Assembly (NCBI GenBank): GCA_951406725.2
Contig: OX597823.1
Span: 30,752,001-30,816,000, forward strand
Origin: Octopus vulgaris
Taxonomy: Eukaryota
Reading direction: 5' to 3'
DNA: 64,000 nucleotides
A program made the position numbers and the translations under genes. Shown here piece after piece: positions 12,831-24,574 of the stretch; within the stretch, counting starts at the first letter, position 1; every line of letters begins with the position of its first letter. The notes under the pieces were generated by a model, which worked only from the letters and a program-made list of their open reading frames with translations, was not told the DNA's origin and ran no database searches.

Positions 12831-14041
12831 TGGGTTGGCAACTAAGTTCCCGCGAATTTTGGAATCTATTTTTTTCGAGAATTCTATTTTTGAATCATTT
12901 TGGAATCTATTTTGTCTTTTTCCTAGTTAATTTTAGTTAATTTTTGTTTATTTTCAGATCATTAAAATGGAATGTCAAGTTAAGAAAAACGAGCATTTTC
13001 GACACCTCCTTCTTTTTGCTTTTAATCAAGGTTCTAAGGCCGCAAAGGCTGCTCGCGACATTTGTGCTGTGTATGGAGAGGGTGCCATAGCTGAAAGAAA
13101 CGCTCGTGATTGGCATGTCAAGTTCAAAAATGGAAATTTTGACCTCAAAGGCGCACCTCGTTCTGGCCGTCCAGTTGAGTTCAATGAAGAGTGATTAGAC
13201 CAACTTTTGCACGAAAATTCTCGTCAAACGACAAGGGAACTGGCAGAGAAAATGGAATGCTCCCACACTGCTATAGAGAAGCATCTTCACTCGATGTGAA
13301 AGGTTCAGAAGTATGGAGCATGGGTTCCGCATGCTTTAAGTGACAACAACAAAAATCAACGAGCCACACTCTCCGCTGGTTTGCTTGCTCGTCACCGCTC
13401 AACTCATGGACACAAGCAGCGATTTCTTTACTGAATCGTTACTAGCGACGAAAAATGGTGACTGTACATCAATATGAAGCTGCGTAAGGAATGGCTTAGT
13501 CCCGGTAAACAAGCGACACTGCGATGAAAATCTTCATCCGCGTAAAACGATGTTGTGCGTATGGTGGGACTGGGAAGGGATTATCCCTTACGAATTGCTT
13601 GAACGGAACCAAACGGTAAACGCAGAACTCTGTGTTCAACAGATGGAACGACTCAACACGACTATTCAAGAGAAAAGACCTAATCGCCCTCATATCACCA
13701 ATATGACCAAGGAAGCCATTCAAACGCATGGCTCGCAAGTGCTGCCACACCCACCGTACTCTCCTGATTTGGCACCAACGGATTTCCACCTCTTTCGATC
13801 TCTTTCAAATGCTATGCGCGGAATTTCGTTCATAACTGATGCAGAATTGAGAGCTTGGTTGCATCAATTTTTCGAGTCGAAATTGTGTGATTTCTACCAA
13901 CGAGGTATTGAAAATCTTGTTGAACGTTGGGTAGAAGTCATAAATAACAAGGGTGAATAAATTATTGATTAATTAGGTGTTATTTTTCATTAAACCTTTA
14001 AAAAAATTTAAATTTAAAAATCGGCGGGAACTTAGTTGCCA

Positions 14042-14047
<6 letters not shown>
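12830..14047 (+). mobile_element. Mariner transposon (mellifera-subfamily-like TIR), in (TA)n
   Basis: TIRs ttgggttggcaactaagttcccgc / gcgggaacttagttgccaacccta with TA flanks. Confidence 0.9.
12967..13960 (+). pseudogene. Mariner transposase pseudogene
   Basis: EHFRHLLLFAF..PRSGRP, WVPHAL, IVTSDEKW, MLCVWWD and HPPYSPDLAPTDFHLFRSL. Contains stops, a frameshift and a deletion of the HDNA (second D) segment. Confidence 0.9.
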
Positions 14048-14100
<53 letters not shown>

Positions 14101-14105
<5 letters not shown>

Positions 14106-14494
14106 TATAACAATTATATATAAAAAGGGACAAGAATTTGAAATACACAAAGAGACGACACAAAAAACGGACGGGTCATTCGAAGCCTTTAATCTTCAGT
14201 CAGGAACCGGATCATCATAGCAAATTTCTTGTTTCGTTTACATTCGATCCTTTTTCCAAGAAATCTAATGCTCGCAGCTTAGTTTTTCATTATGGCTGGC
14301 CGTTTCGGAGCAATATCAGGATTAATCAGCCGAAATTTGCTATGATGATCCGGTTCCTGACTGAAGATTAAAGACTTCGAATGACCCGTCCGTTTTTTGT
14401 GTCGTCTCTTGGTGTATTTCACGTTCTTGTCCCTTTTTATATATAATTTTGATACCTATATTATTGCGGCGTAACGTACACCTTGTTCCCTTAT
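14101..14494 (+). mobile_element. Penelope-type non-autonomous element with inverted head, in (TA)n
   Basis: 14101-14228 is the inverted copy of 14332-14459. Partial HHR (ggctg..cagcc-gaaa). Same family as 57125-57265. Confidence 0.6.
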
Positions 14495-14508
14495 ATATAT
14501 ATGTGTAT

Positions 14509-14583
<75 letters not shown>

Positions 14584-14584
14584 T

Positions 14585-14780
14585 GTAGGTCCCGGGTTGA
14601 GTCGGGGTTAACCACAGTAAATAAGGTACTCAATACATAGCAGAGTAAATTAATTTATTTTATAGAAGGAGCTTCTACAGGACTAGAACTGTTTCATTCA
14701 AAAGAAATCATCAGAGATTCCTGATGATTTCTTTTGAAAGAAACAGTTCTAGTCATGTAGAAGCTCCTTCTATAAAATAA

Positions 14781-14785
<5 letters not shown>
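14585..14785. mobile_element. Fold-back element with two HHR cores back to back
   Basis: Arms 14653-14714 / 14721-14782 with a 6-nt spacer. Each arm starts with CUGAUGA-uuucuuuugaa(u/a)-GAAACAGUU, and the 5' strand of stem I is missing. (TA)n on both sides. Confidence 0.6.
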
Positions 14786-14878
<93 letters not shown>

Positions 14879-15057
14879 GGTTGAAAAGTAACTCCCTATT
14901 TTAAAATACATATAATTTATTTATTAACCATAATTTTCTTTCGAATTTGTTGTAAATGTTCTTTAATGCATAAGAATTGATTCTCACGTGTTTTTTTTTT
15001 TTTGTCAGATCGCTTATTTTGTTTGAAATTTAGAAGCCCTGAAATTTAGAAGACCAT

Positions 15058-15152
15058 GTTACGCACTGGGGTCGATGCAATCGACTTAATCCCTTTGTCT
15101 GTCCTTGTTTGTCCTCTCTATGTTTAGCCCCTTGTGGGCAATAAAGAAACAA
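15058..15152 (+). mobile_element. SINE family B, 3' fragment
   Basis: gttacgcactggggtcgat...gtttagccccttgtgggcaataaagaaa. Confidence 0.7.
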
Positions 15153-15580
15153 GAAAAATCTGAAAGGACATTCTGCATTACATGTCAATCCCTGACCTGG
15201 AACCCACAAGGGCGGTGGAGGAGAGAAGGTCCACAAATTAGTTAGAGAAGGGATACGGAAGCATATATATATATATATATATATATCTATATATATATAT
15301 TGCGTGTATGTCTATTTATCAACTCATCAACAGATTCTCTCGATACTGACCATATGGAACTCCTTAATCTTAGCACCAACTTTCACCTATAACCTAAATA
15401 CAACCAAAAACAAGAAAAATATTTAAGTGAAAACTGTTATACGAAATGCTAAAGAACCTGAAAAACCAAAGCATCACAAACACTGGTGACAAACTGGAAG
15501 ACCCACTTCGCGGGAAATGTAATAAATGTAGAGTCCGACAATATAATAAATATTAAATTTTTTAAAAAAATGGTTTTTAA

Positions 15581-15800
15581 CCCTTTAGTGTTTAAACCGG
15601 CCATATCTGGCCAGAATATTATCCTTGTTTTATGTTCAAACTTATGAGATGCAGCCTCTCACACCTACCCTGCAATGTCATTCTACAAATAAACAATCAC
15701 ATCATAGTAATCTCAAAGCTATGAGACAAGGCACAATTAATTCAAAACAATGTGAATAAATAAGTATTACATTTGGCAGAGTAATTTAAACACTAAAGGG
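15581..15800. mobile_element. piggyBac-type MITE (220 bp)
   Basis: TTAA-ccctttagtgtttaaa ... tttaaacactaaaggg-TTAA: 16-bp perfect TIR, CCCT/AGGG termini and TTAA target duplication. Confidence 0.8.
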
Positions 15801-16055
15801 TTAAAAGCACTCCATGACTGAGATGAAAATGACAAGATCTGTAAGAGTGACAAATGTTTATAATCACCGGAGAGAAAGAGGAATATAATAAAAGAATGAA
15901 TACTACCGAGAGACACAAACAATTTAGCGAAGATCATAGAAGATAGCAACAAACGACTAAAATTAGAATTAATTAATTAATTACAGCAATAAATGCACAA
16001 ATACGAGGTTCATCTTACTTTCCACGCATTGAAGGCGACTTGTTCCCCTCCCACA

Positions 16056-16128
<73 letters not shown>

Positions 16129-16370
16129 AGATAAGAAAATGGAGAAATACATCTAAATCAAATATCAATTATCAGATAATACTCAATCACATACTTTATT
16201 AAACCACCACATAAGAGACTGTAGGGTTAAACATAAAAAAGCAGAACAAATCAGTGTACATAAAGGAATGAACATAAAAAGTGTACATAAAAGAGTAATG
16301 TTTTATAATAAGTAGAATATATATAAAAAAGGGAATATAAATATAAGTAAATATAAATATAAGTATAGAT

Positions 16371-16503
16371 TACATCTTATAGCTGTTTCGGCCATGTAGA
16401 TAAGTATGTCTCATTTTACCAATATTAGCCTTTTATGGTAGGTCAATATATAGATATAAATGAGACATTTACAAAAATATCATAAGGCCTCTTCGGAGAT
16501 ATA
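16371..16503 (-). ncRNA. Hammerhead motif (C4 core variant, expanded stem II)
   Basis: Mirror of 16597-16729. Stem III reads ACAGCUAU. Confidence 0.65.
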
Positions 16504-16596
16504 CATATACTAATTTATATTATTTATTTACATCATTATGTATATGCATATTTTTATATGTATAGGAGTGTGAGTATATGCACTCATATGTATATG

Positions 16597-16729
16597 TATA
16601 TCTCCGAAGAGGCCTTATGATATTTTTGTAAATGTCTCATTTATATCTATATATTGACCTACCATAAAAGGCTAATATTGGTAAAATGAGACATACTTAT
16701 CTACATGGCCGAAACAGCAGTAAGATGTA
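16597..16729 (+). ncRNA. Hammerhead motif (C4 core variant, expanded stem II)
   Basis: uauaucu-CCGAAGA-ggcc[~90 nt, internal augucucauuu/aaaugagacau stem]ggcc-GAAA-CAGCAG-UA-agaugua. The two arms imply an ancestral palindrome ACAGCUGU. Confidence 0.7.
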
Positions 16730-17212
16730 ATCTATACTTATATTTATATTTACTTATATTTATATTCTCTTTTTTATATATATTCTACTTATTATAAAAC
16801 ATTACTCTTTTATGTACACTTTTTTATGTACATTCCTTTATGTACTCTGATTTGTTCTGCTTTTTTATGTTTAAGCCTACAGTCTCTTATGTGGTGGTTT
16901 AATAAAGTATGTGATTGAGTATTATCTGATAATTGATATTTGATTTAGATGTATTTCTCCATTTTCTTATCTTGTATTAGTAATTTGTGGTAAATCATTT
17001 TACCTTTGCCCATATAATATAGTAAATGAATTGATTGCATCGCAATCCTTAACATTTATGTATTAACTTTGTTGGGTACTTCACTAGCAGTATATTGGAT
17101 ATATATTATCCCATGGAGGGTTGCATCTACAACCCCTATCTCAATTTGTATATATATATGTATATATGTAAGAAGGTTTGAAAATGCAAAGGTCTTTTAG
17201 AGATGTTTATTG

Positions 17213-17254
17213 ACTTGACCGGTTTCACTTTTTTAGAAAAAGATTATCAAAAGT
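17213..17254 (-). ncRNA. Hammerhead motif (U3-A8 covariant core)
   Basis: acuu-UUGAUAA-u-cuuuuu(cua)aaaaag-u-GAAA-CCGG-UC-aagu. Confidence 0.65.
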
Positions 17255-17448
17255 AAAAAGTAAAGCTTTGTGTAAGCTTTGTTGTGTTAAAAAAATGGTT
17301 AGATTTCCTGTAATTCTTTTAGGATGCTTTGGTTCAATAAGTTTTCTGTTTGTTGTAACTTAGGTGGCATTTTCGGGACTCGTGTGGTGTTTATATATAA
17401 CAAAGTAAAGTTGTAAGGAACCGCATAATGAAAATATATATGAAAGAA

Positions 17449-17502
<54 letters not shown>

Positions 17503-17584
17503 TAAGATTCAGTTGAATTAGGTACTTAAGTTGATGTACCAAGTCAGTCCGGTATTTTCCGCATAGTAAAGTGAGTAAAAAAAA

Positions 17585-18005
17585 ATATATATTTGATAAA
17601 GAAAAGAAATGACTTTACTGGTAGTTCTGATCAATTAAATTCTTTAATAATTTTTACAGTTCGGTTAGTAGATCTGGTAAATTCTTTGTTAACTTCGGTG
17701 AGGAGATTTTTTAAAGATTGCTTGTTAATTTTTCTGGAGAACTTTCTCGCATTCATCAGTGACGAAACATAACCTGTGACCAGTTTGACAATCGCCACCG
17801 GCGAATGCGAGAAGGTTCTCCAGAAAAGTTAACAAGCAATCTTTAAAAAATCTCCTCCACCGAAGTTAACAAAGAACTTACCAGATCTACAAACCAAACT
17901 GTAAAACTATATCATTAAAAAATTAAATTAATTAGAACTGCTAGTGAAGTCATTGTTTTCCTTTTTCAAATATACATAACTCTACCAAGGATTCACACAT
18001 TTTCC
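17585..18005. mobile_element. Diverged inverted-repeat element (~165-bp arms), probably Penelope-type
   Basis: 17588-17753 is inverted relative to 17803-17974. A degenerate cugauga..gagaa/uucuc..gaaa lies at the inner ends. Confidence 0.5.
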
Positions 18006-18162
18006 TATATATATATATATATTCACACATACACGCATATATATATATATATATATAATTTAAAATTAGGACAAAATTCTTAGCGTGAAAAACCTCATAA
18101 AGGAAAAATTATTAATTATTCGCTATAAATATATTTATGTATAGTAATAACCTTAATGTATA

Positions 18163-18233
<71 letters not shown>

Positions 18234-18644
18234 CAGTAGAAATACATAAGCAAAATAACCCGTCTCAGATCTATATCATTCCAAATAAATACATTTACTC
18301 ATTTAATCGCGAATAGACAAGATTATAAAAAATACTCACCAAAGGATTATAGTATAAAGTGATCCAAGGAACTTTTACAGGCTTTAGAAGAAACAAATAC
18401 AATAGGTACCATCTCTACATTAGATATTAGAAAGTTAGTTCACTAAATCCGATTGACAGAATCGATAGAAATTATAACAGAAAACGTATATAAATGCCCC
18501 AAAATATAGCCACCTGCAATGCTAGAGTAAGCGCATAAAGTGAAACAAGGTGGAGCAAAGAGTACTCAAATACCGGAGGTAGAGTAATATGCTTTATCTA
18601 AAATCAGCAGAAATATAACAAAAGCTGGCAAAATATAACAAAAA

Positions 18645-18878
18645 AGGCGGCGAGCTGGCAGAAACGTTAGCACGCCGGGCGAAATGCGTAGCCGTATTTC
18701 GTCTGTCTTTACATTCTGAGTTCAAATTCCGCCGAGGTCGACTTTGCCTTTCATCCTTTCGGGGTCGATTAAATAAGTACCAGTTACGCATTGGAATCGA
18801 TGAAATCGACTTAATTCCTTTGTCTGTCCTTGTTTGTCCCCTCTATGTTTAGCCCCTTGTGGGCAATAAAGAAATAAG
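18645..18878 (+). mobile_element. SINE family B, full length, inserted into an HHR element
   Basis: Complete head to tail, with aaatataacaaaa duplicated on both sides. Confidence 0.85.
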
Positions 18879-18892
18879 AAATATAACAAAAG

Positions 18893-18930
18893 CTGTTACT
18901 CAGAGTTTCACCTTCCCGCTCGTCGGACAG
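18893..18930 (-). ncRNA. Hammerhead motif (C4 variant, weak stem II)
   Basis: cugu-CCGACGA-gcgggaaggu-GAAA-CUCUGAG-UA-acag. Confidence 0.6.
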
Positions 18931-18933
18931 TTT

Positions 18934-19047
<114 letters not shown>

Positions 19048-19103
19048 TAGATAGATAGATAGATAGATAGATAGTTAGATAGATAGATAGATAGATAGAT
19101 ATA

Positions 19104-19482
19104 GTGTGGCTGTGTGGTAAGTAGCTTCCTTACCAGCCACATGGTTCCGGATTCAGTCCAATTGCGTGTCACCTTGGGCAAGGTGTCTTCTACTATAGCC
19201 TCGGGCCGACCAAAGCATTGTGAGTGGATTTGGTAGACGGAAACTGAAAGAAGCCCGCTGTAAATATGTATAATTATATATGTATGTGTGTGTATATGTT
19301 TAGTTGTCTGTGTTTGTCCCCCGATGCTGGTGTGTTTACGTCCCCGTAACATAGCGGTTCAGCAAAGTAACCGATAGAATAAGTACTAGGTTTACAAAGA
19401 ATAAGTTCTAGTGTCGATTTGCTCGACTAAAGGATGTGCTCTAGCATGGCCGCAGTCAAATGACTGAAGCAAGTAAAAGAGT

Positions 19483-19485
<3 letters not shown>
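19104..19485 (+). mobile_element. SINE family A (bipartite, internal TA/TG microsatellite)
   Basis: gtggctgtgtggtaag A-box, ggttc.gg.ttcagtcc B-box, ccttgggcaag core and 3' tail gcatggccgcagtcaaatgactgaa.caagtaaaagag. Confidence 0.8.
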
Positions 19486-19563
<78 letters not shown>

Positions 19564-19627
19564 TAGCTTAAGGTGACCCGCTCTACGCGCGGGTAAGAGT
19601 GTGGTTGTTACTTTCTGTTGCTTCCTT

Positions 19628-19923
19628 TCAGCACGTCAAAAGCACCATCCGAACGTGGCCGATTGCAGCGCCGCCTTGACTGGCTTCTGTGCCGGTGGCA
19701 CGTAAAAAGCACCAACCGATCGTGGCCGCTGCCAGCCCCCCTGGCACCTGTGGCGGCGGCACGAAAAAAGCATCCACTACACTCACAGAGTGGTTGGCGT
19801 TAGGAAGGGCATCCAGGTGTAGAAACACTGCCAGATCAGACTGGAGCCTGGTGCAGCCTCCTGGCTTCCCAGACCCCGGTCAAACTGTCCAACCCGTGCA
19901 AGCACGGAAAACGGACGTTAAAC

Positions 19924-19955
<32 letters not shown>
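19628..19955 (+). mobile_element. SINE family C, 5'-truncated, (GAT)n tail
   Basis: Internal repeats ggcacgtaaaaagcacc, then gttggcgttaggaagggcatcc, ending ggaaaacggacgttaaac(gat)n. Confidence 0.65.
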
Positions 19956-19957
<2 letters not shown>

Positions 19958-20767
19958 CTCCCTCTTTGTTTCTCTCTCCTTTCTCTCTCACTTTCCCACT
20001 CTCTTACTTTTCTTTTCTCTCGGACTCTCCCTCGCTTTCTCTTACTGTCTATCTTTATCTATCCCTCTCCCATTTATAAACAACAAAAGATCTTGAGTAA
20101 GTTGAGAAATAAAATATTTAGAAAGATCAATCATAAATATCAGGCAGTGGCAACGGAAAGGTCTGCTGCAAGGGAGACAGAAAAACACTAACATTTAAAA
20201 GGGACAGACGAACTTGCGAGTTGAATAAAAATAATAAAATATTGCAAACCAAAGTTTGAAGGGATAGAATCTGAGGATAGTAGAGTCACCATGGCTGGCA
20301 TTTGTTAACGACGGACAGCAACGTATTGACAGTTTAACGGCTGGCGTAAAATTTTGAACTTCATGTAAAAGAAAATCCCTAAACACCAAGTTTTGAAGTG
20401 ATTCTTTCTCACGACAGTAGACTCACCATGGCAAGCATTCAAAACTTCTTCATCATGGACGGCAACACATTGACGATTAAAAGGCTGGCGCAAATTTTTT
20501 AGCTTGATGTAACAGAGAATTCGTAAACATCCGCTCCTTTAAATTTTAATCCCCTTCCAGCCCCATTTAGACCCCTTTTCACATTTTGGTTAATATAACC
20601 CGATTTCATTCGGGTCTATTGGGGCCACATTTTATAAGATGAGGAATTTTGTCCTAGAGGTCACGCCTTTCATTTGAGGAAAAAAATAGTTGTCATGCAA
20701 ACTTGCCAGCACTTTTAACATAGGTGTGCATATTTTCAGCTGAACCGACCGACCACATAATGCACAC

Positions 20768-20863
<96 letters not shown>

Positions 20864-21049
20864 CACGCATTATATATACAAATGTATACAAATTATATAT
20901 ATATATATGTATAAATTAAATTTATCAAACAGTGAAAAACAAAAAAGAAAAACATAAAAATAAAAATATAATATACAAAATATATAAAATATAAAATTGA
21001 AAAATTTAAATTATTTAAATTTAAAATAAAAATTATTAATTTATATTTA

Positions 21050-21630
21050 TAATTTAAAAATATATATATATAACTATCAAAAAGTATTAAAAAGTTTAAT
21101 ATACATAAATACAGATATATACACTTTGTATATATACATTATATATATATATTTATATATAGAACACACACACACACATATAAATGAACCCAATAAATAT
21201 CTGATTCATAATATTTGTTCTCATGATTGTGTGGGGGTTTGTAGCGATGATAATTCTCTCTATGAATGCAGACAGACGTAGAGAGAGAGAGAGAGAGAGA
21301 GAGAGAGTGTGTGTGAAAGCGCTGTGGAAGGCGTATAATTAAAATATATATATATATAACTATCAAAAAGTATTAAAAAGTTTAATATGCATAAATACAG
21401 ATATATACACTTTGTATATATACATTATATATACATATTTATATATAGAACACACACACACACACACACATACACACACACATATAAACGAACCCAATAA
21501 ATATTTGATTCATAATATTTGTTCTCATGATTGAGTGGTGGCGATGATAATTCTCTCTATGAATGCAGACAGACGTAGAGAGAGAGAGAGAGAGTGTGTG
21601 TGTGTGTGTGTGTGAAAGCGCTGTTGAAGG
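21050..21630. repeat. Tandem duplication, ~285-bp unit
   Basis: taactatcaaaaagtattaaaaagtttaatat...gaaagcgctg at ~21070-21325 and ~21357-21625. Confidence 0.8.
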
Positions 21631-22159
21631 CGGGGGAGACATAGAACGCCGTTTGACGAAGTTATAAAGAGAAAGTGAAGGGGAGTTATACGCTGTTATC
21701 GACGTTATATATAGAAAGTGATGAGGGGCGGAAATAGAGTGAGTGAGGGAGGAAGACATATACATAAAAGAATGAGAGCCGACTTGTCAAAGTGGGTTTT
21801 TGGCCCTAGCAACAACACCTTTTAAGATAGGGATTTCTAACCTAGCTCACTGGCATTCTCATCTCATTTTACATGTCCCTGTAAATTTTGGAGTCAATCC
21901 GATGGGATCTAGTGGCCTTTAAACCGTTCCAGACAAACAAACTTTTCGCATTTCAGTTTTATAAATAGAGATATATATATAATATAATATAATATAATAT
22001 AATATAATATAATATAATATATGATATAATATAATATAAATACATGCATATATACATACATATATGTACATACCTACATATATATGTATATATACATGCA
22101 TATATGGGTACAGGACATATTATATGATCGAACGCCACTCATCCTTTTCCTAGTAAGTT

Positions 22160-22262
<103 letters not shown>

Positions 22263-22264
22263 GT

Positions 22265-22517
22265 ATAGAAAGAATGGAGCTGAACAAAGATTTAACAAAA
22301 TTCCTTTATAAAGGAATTTTGTTAAATCTTTGTTCAGCTCCATTCTTTCCTATACTTAATATATAAGACTTCAAATTTCCGCACTAAGGCACGGATTTTA
22401 CGCCCCATGGTCGTAACTTCAACCGTGCCCTTTCTGTTGTGAATTTTGCTACCCAGGTATCGGTTATCTTTCGAATTATCCGTAATAAGATAATTCATTT
22501 ATCCACTTCAATAACTA
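22265..22517 (+). mobile_element. Short member of the 12272-12698 family beginning with a ~80-bp perfect palindrome
   Basis: gaaagaatggagctgaacaaagatttaacaaaattcctttataaaggaattttgttaaatctttgttcagctccattctttc. Confidence 0.7.
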
Positions 22518-22635
22518 TATATATATATATATATATAAAACTCTCCTGTCTGACCACCTCTGTCCGGCATTCGCCATGATAGATCGCTAGCCACTATACC
22601 TTTTTTATATTCTCTCATTGCTTATCTCTGTGTTC

Positions 22636-22671
22636 CTTTCTGTTGAAGAGCGTAGGCTCGAAACGTAAAAG
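22636..22671 (+). ncRNA. Hammerhead-like motif (U6 variant) in a short element (~22540-22772)
   Basis: cuuu-CUGUUGA-a-gagc(guag)gcuc-GAAA-CG-UA-aaag. A second, more decayed copy is at 51185-51220. Confidence 0.55.
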
Positions 22672-22767
22672 AGTTTCTCACCTTCACGAGAGTCAAACTA
22701 ATACATTTGTTTGTTTACACACCTGTCTTCGTCTTTTGTTTTGTTTGCTTTTTTTTATGTAAATTCC

Positions 22768-22853
<86 letters not shown>

Positions 22854-22965
22854 ACCTTTGAAGTGGACAATGGACTAATACTCGCTTGAATCCATTGAAT
22901 TCTCATTTTAACTTGTCTGCAATTGAACAATGTGATAACAAGAAATGTGAAGCCTTTGAAAGTTT

Positions 22966-23055
22966 TCTCCTGATGAAAAGGTATTGCCTTTAGATTTCCT
23001 TAATGGATTGTACATTAACAATGTAAAACAGCATCCTTTGAAACGATCGTAGAGA
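22966..23055 (+). ncRNA. Hammerhead ribozyme motif, canonical core
   Basis: ucuc-CUGAUGA-aaagguauugc...gcauccuuu-GAAA-CGAUCG-UA-gaga. Palindromic stem III ACGAUCGU. Confidence 0.85.
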
Positions 23056-23222
23056 TGGGCTTAAATGGACTCTGTTCTGGTTACTTTACACTTAATTTTT
23101 TATATTTATACTCTTGTATTTTTATATACTTATATTATTTTAGTTCCATTGCTTTAAATTTTTAGTAGCTTTCATTATGCATGAATTTGTTCCATATATT
23201 TTTCTTCATTCGACTTCACTCA

Positions 23223-23260
23223 CTAACTCTAACCCTAACCCTAACCCTAACCCTAACCCT
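23223..23260. repeat. Short interstitial (CCCTAA)n telomere-type repeat
   Basis: ctaactctaaccctaaccctaaccctaaccctaaccct. Confidence 0.8.
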
Positions 23261-23928
23261 TTTAGGTTTTATCACCTTTTATTCGTGTATATGTGTATAT
23301 TTTATACTATTGGGTTTTATCATTGGGTGCTTTGTTGTTTTAATATATATTATATATATATTTATATTCCATTTTTGATAATTTGATCAAATGGAGTGTT
23401 TATTCATTATGCCTTTCAAGTTCTCTCTCCCTCTTTCTCCATTTCTCTTGCTTACACGTGACCATCATCCATCTTTCTCTTCCTCACGTGATCATCTTTC
23501 TTTTCTTTCAGGACTGTCCAAAGGACAGCACGTATCATATCTCTCTCTTCTACCTTTTCTCTTGTCAAAAAAAAATATTTCTCCAGTGTTCACTATTTTA
23601 CCCTCGTTCTGGTCTAACGACCCTCCATGTTTGTTTTCGTTCGGTTTCCTTGTATCTCTCCATTGTCCAGTTTTTGGTCCCAACTTTGATCCTCCATAAA
23701 TCCCAAATTTTATTTTGGTACATATGGGAGCAACTGTCTTCGAAGACTCATACTGTCGTTCAATGGTCGAAATAAGGAGTAGATAGACAACCGACAACTG
23801 ATGAAGGGTCCTTCTTTGGGTTACGTGTCCTGTTTTCCATTTGTTTCTCTTGTTGTTTGTGTATTGAACTCATTTGTTTTCGTATTTCATGATGTTTACT
23901 GTTGGTGACGTCCTGTACCCATATATGC

Positions 23929-24016
<88 letters not shown>

Positions 24017-24151
24017 GAAGTGCCTTTTCGTTGCTCACAGGGTAATTTATACAAACAGACAGACGGACCGATCAGGGTTCCCCCACTAGGACTTACGCGC
24101 GTGGCACTGTATTTAACCACATTAAAAAAACCAAGAAAAATACCAAGATAC

Positions 24152-24563
24152 AGGCACAGGAGTGGCTGTTTGGTAAGTAGCTTGCTTACCAACCACATGG
24201 TTCCGGGTTCAGTCCCACTTCGAGGCACCTTGGGCAAGTGTCTTCTACTATAGCCTCTGGCCGACCAAAGCCTTGTGAGTGGATTTGGTAGACGGAAACT
24301 GAAAGAAAACCGTCGTATATATGTATATGTATATATATGTGTGTGTGCTTGTGTGTTTGTTTGTCTTCCCCACCAACATTGCTTGACAACCGATGCTGAT
24401 GTGTTTACGTCCCCGTAAATTAGCGGTTCGGCAGAAAAGAGACCGATAGAATACGTACTGAGGCTTACAAAGAATAAGTCTTGGGGTCGATTTGCTCGAC
24501 TAAAGGTGGTGCTGTAGTATGGCCACAGTCAAATGACTGAAACAAGTAAAAGAGTAAAAAGAG
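24152..24563 (+). mobile_element. SINE family A, full length
   Basis: Complete head, microsatellite linker and (gtaaaaga)n tail. Confidence 0.85.
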
Positions 24564-24574
24564 TCAAGATATAT

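Larger units (their letters stand above)
16123..17150 (+). mobile_element. Penelope-type non-autonomous element with ~390-bp inverted head, in (TA)n
   Basis: 16123-16510 is a near-perfect inverted copy of 16590-16978. Each arm holds an HHR. Confidence 0.75.
19563..21971 (-). mobile_element. Non-autonomous Helitron with internal duplications and a nested SINE
   Basis: The minus-strand 3' end is an acccgc..gcgggt hairpin plus CTAG|T at 19563. The minus-strand 5' end is A|TCTCTATTTATAAAACTGAAATG at 21971. That the two ends belong to one element is inferred. Confidence 0.55.

Noticed and set aside
16123-16978. Long inverted repeats as DNA-transposon TIRs (MITE/Foldback)
   Set aside because: The arms are asymmetric, lack superfamily terminal motifs and contain HHRs, so they fit Penelope-type inverted heads better.
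23223-23260. True telomere
   Set aside because: Only about six units in an internal position.
23730-23815. HHR-like words (tcgaaga..cgaaa, ctgatgaag) here and at 41290-41355
   Set aside because: Convincing stems I-III could not be built by eye. They may be a decayed or atypical family and were not counted.
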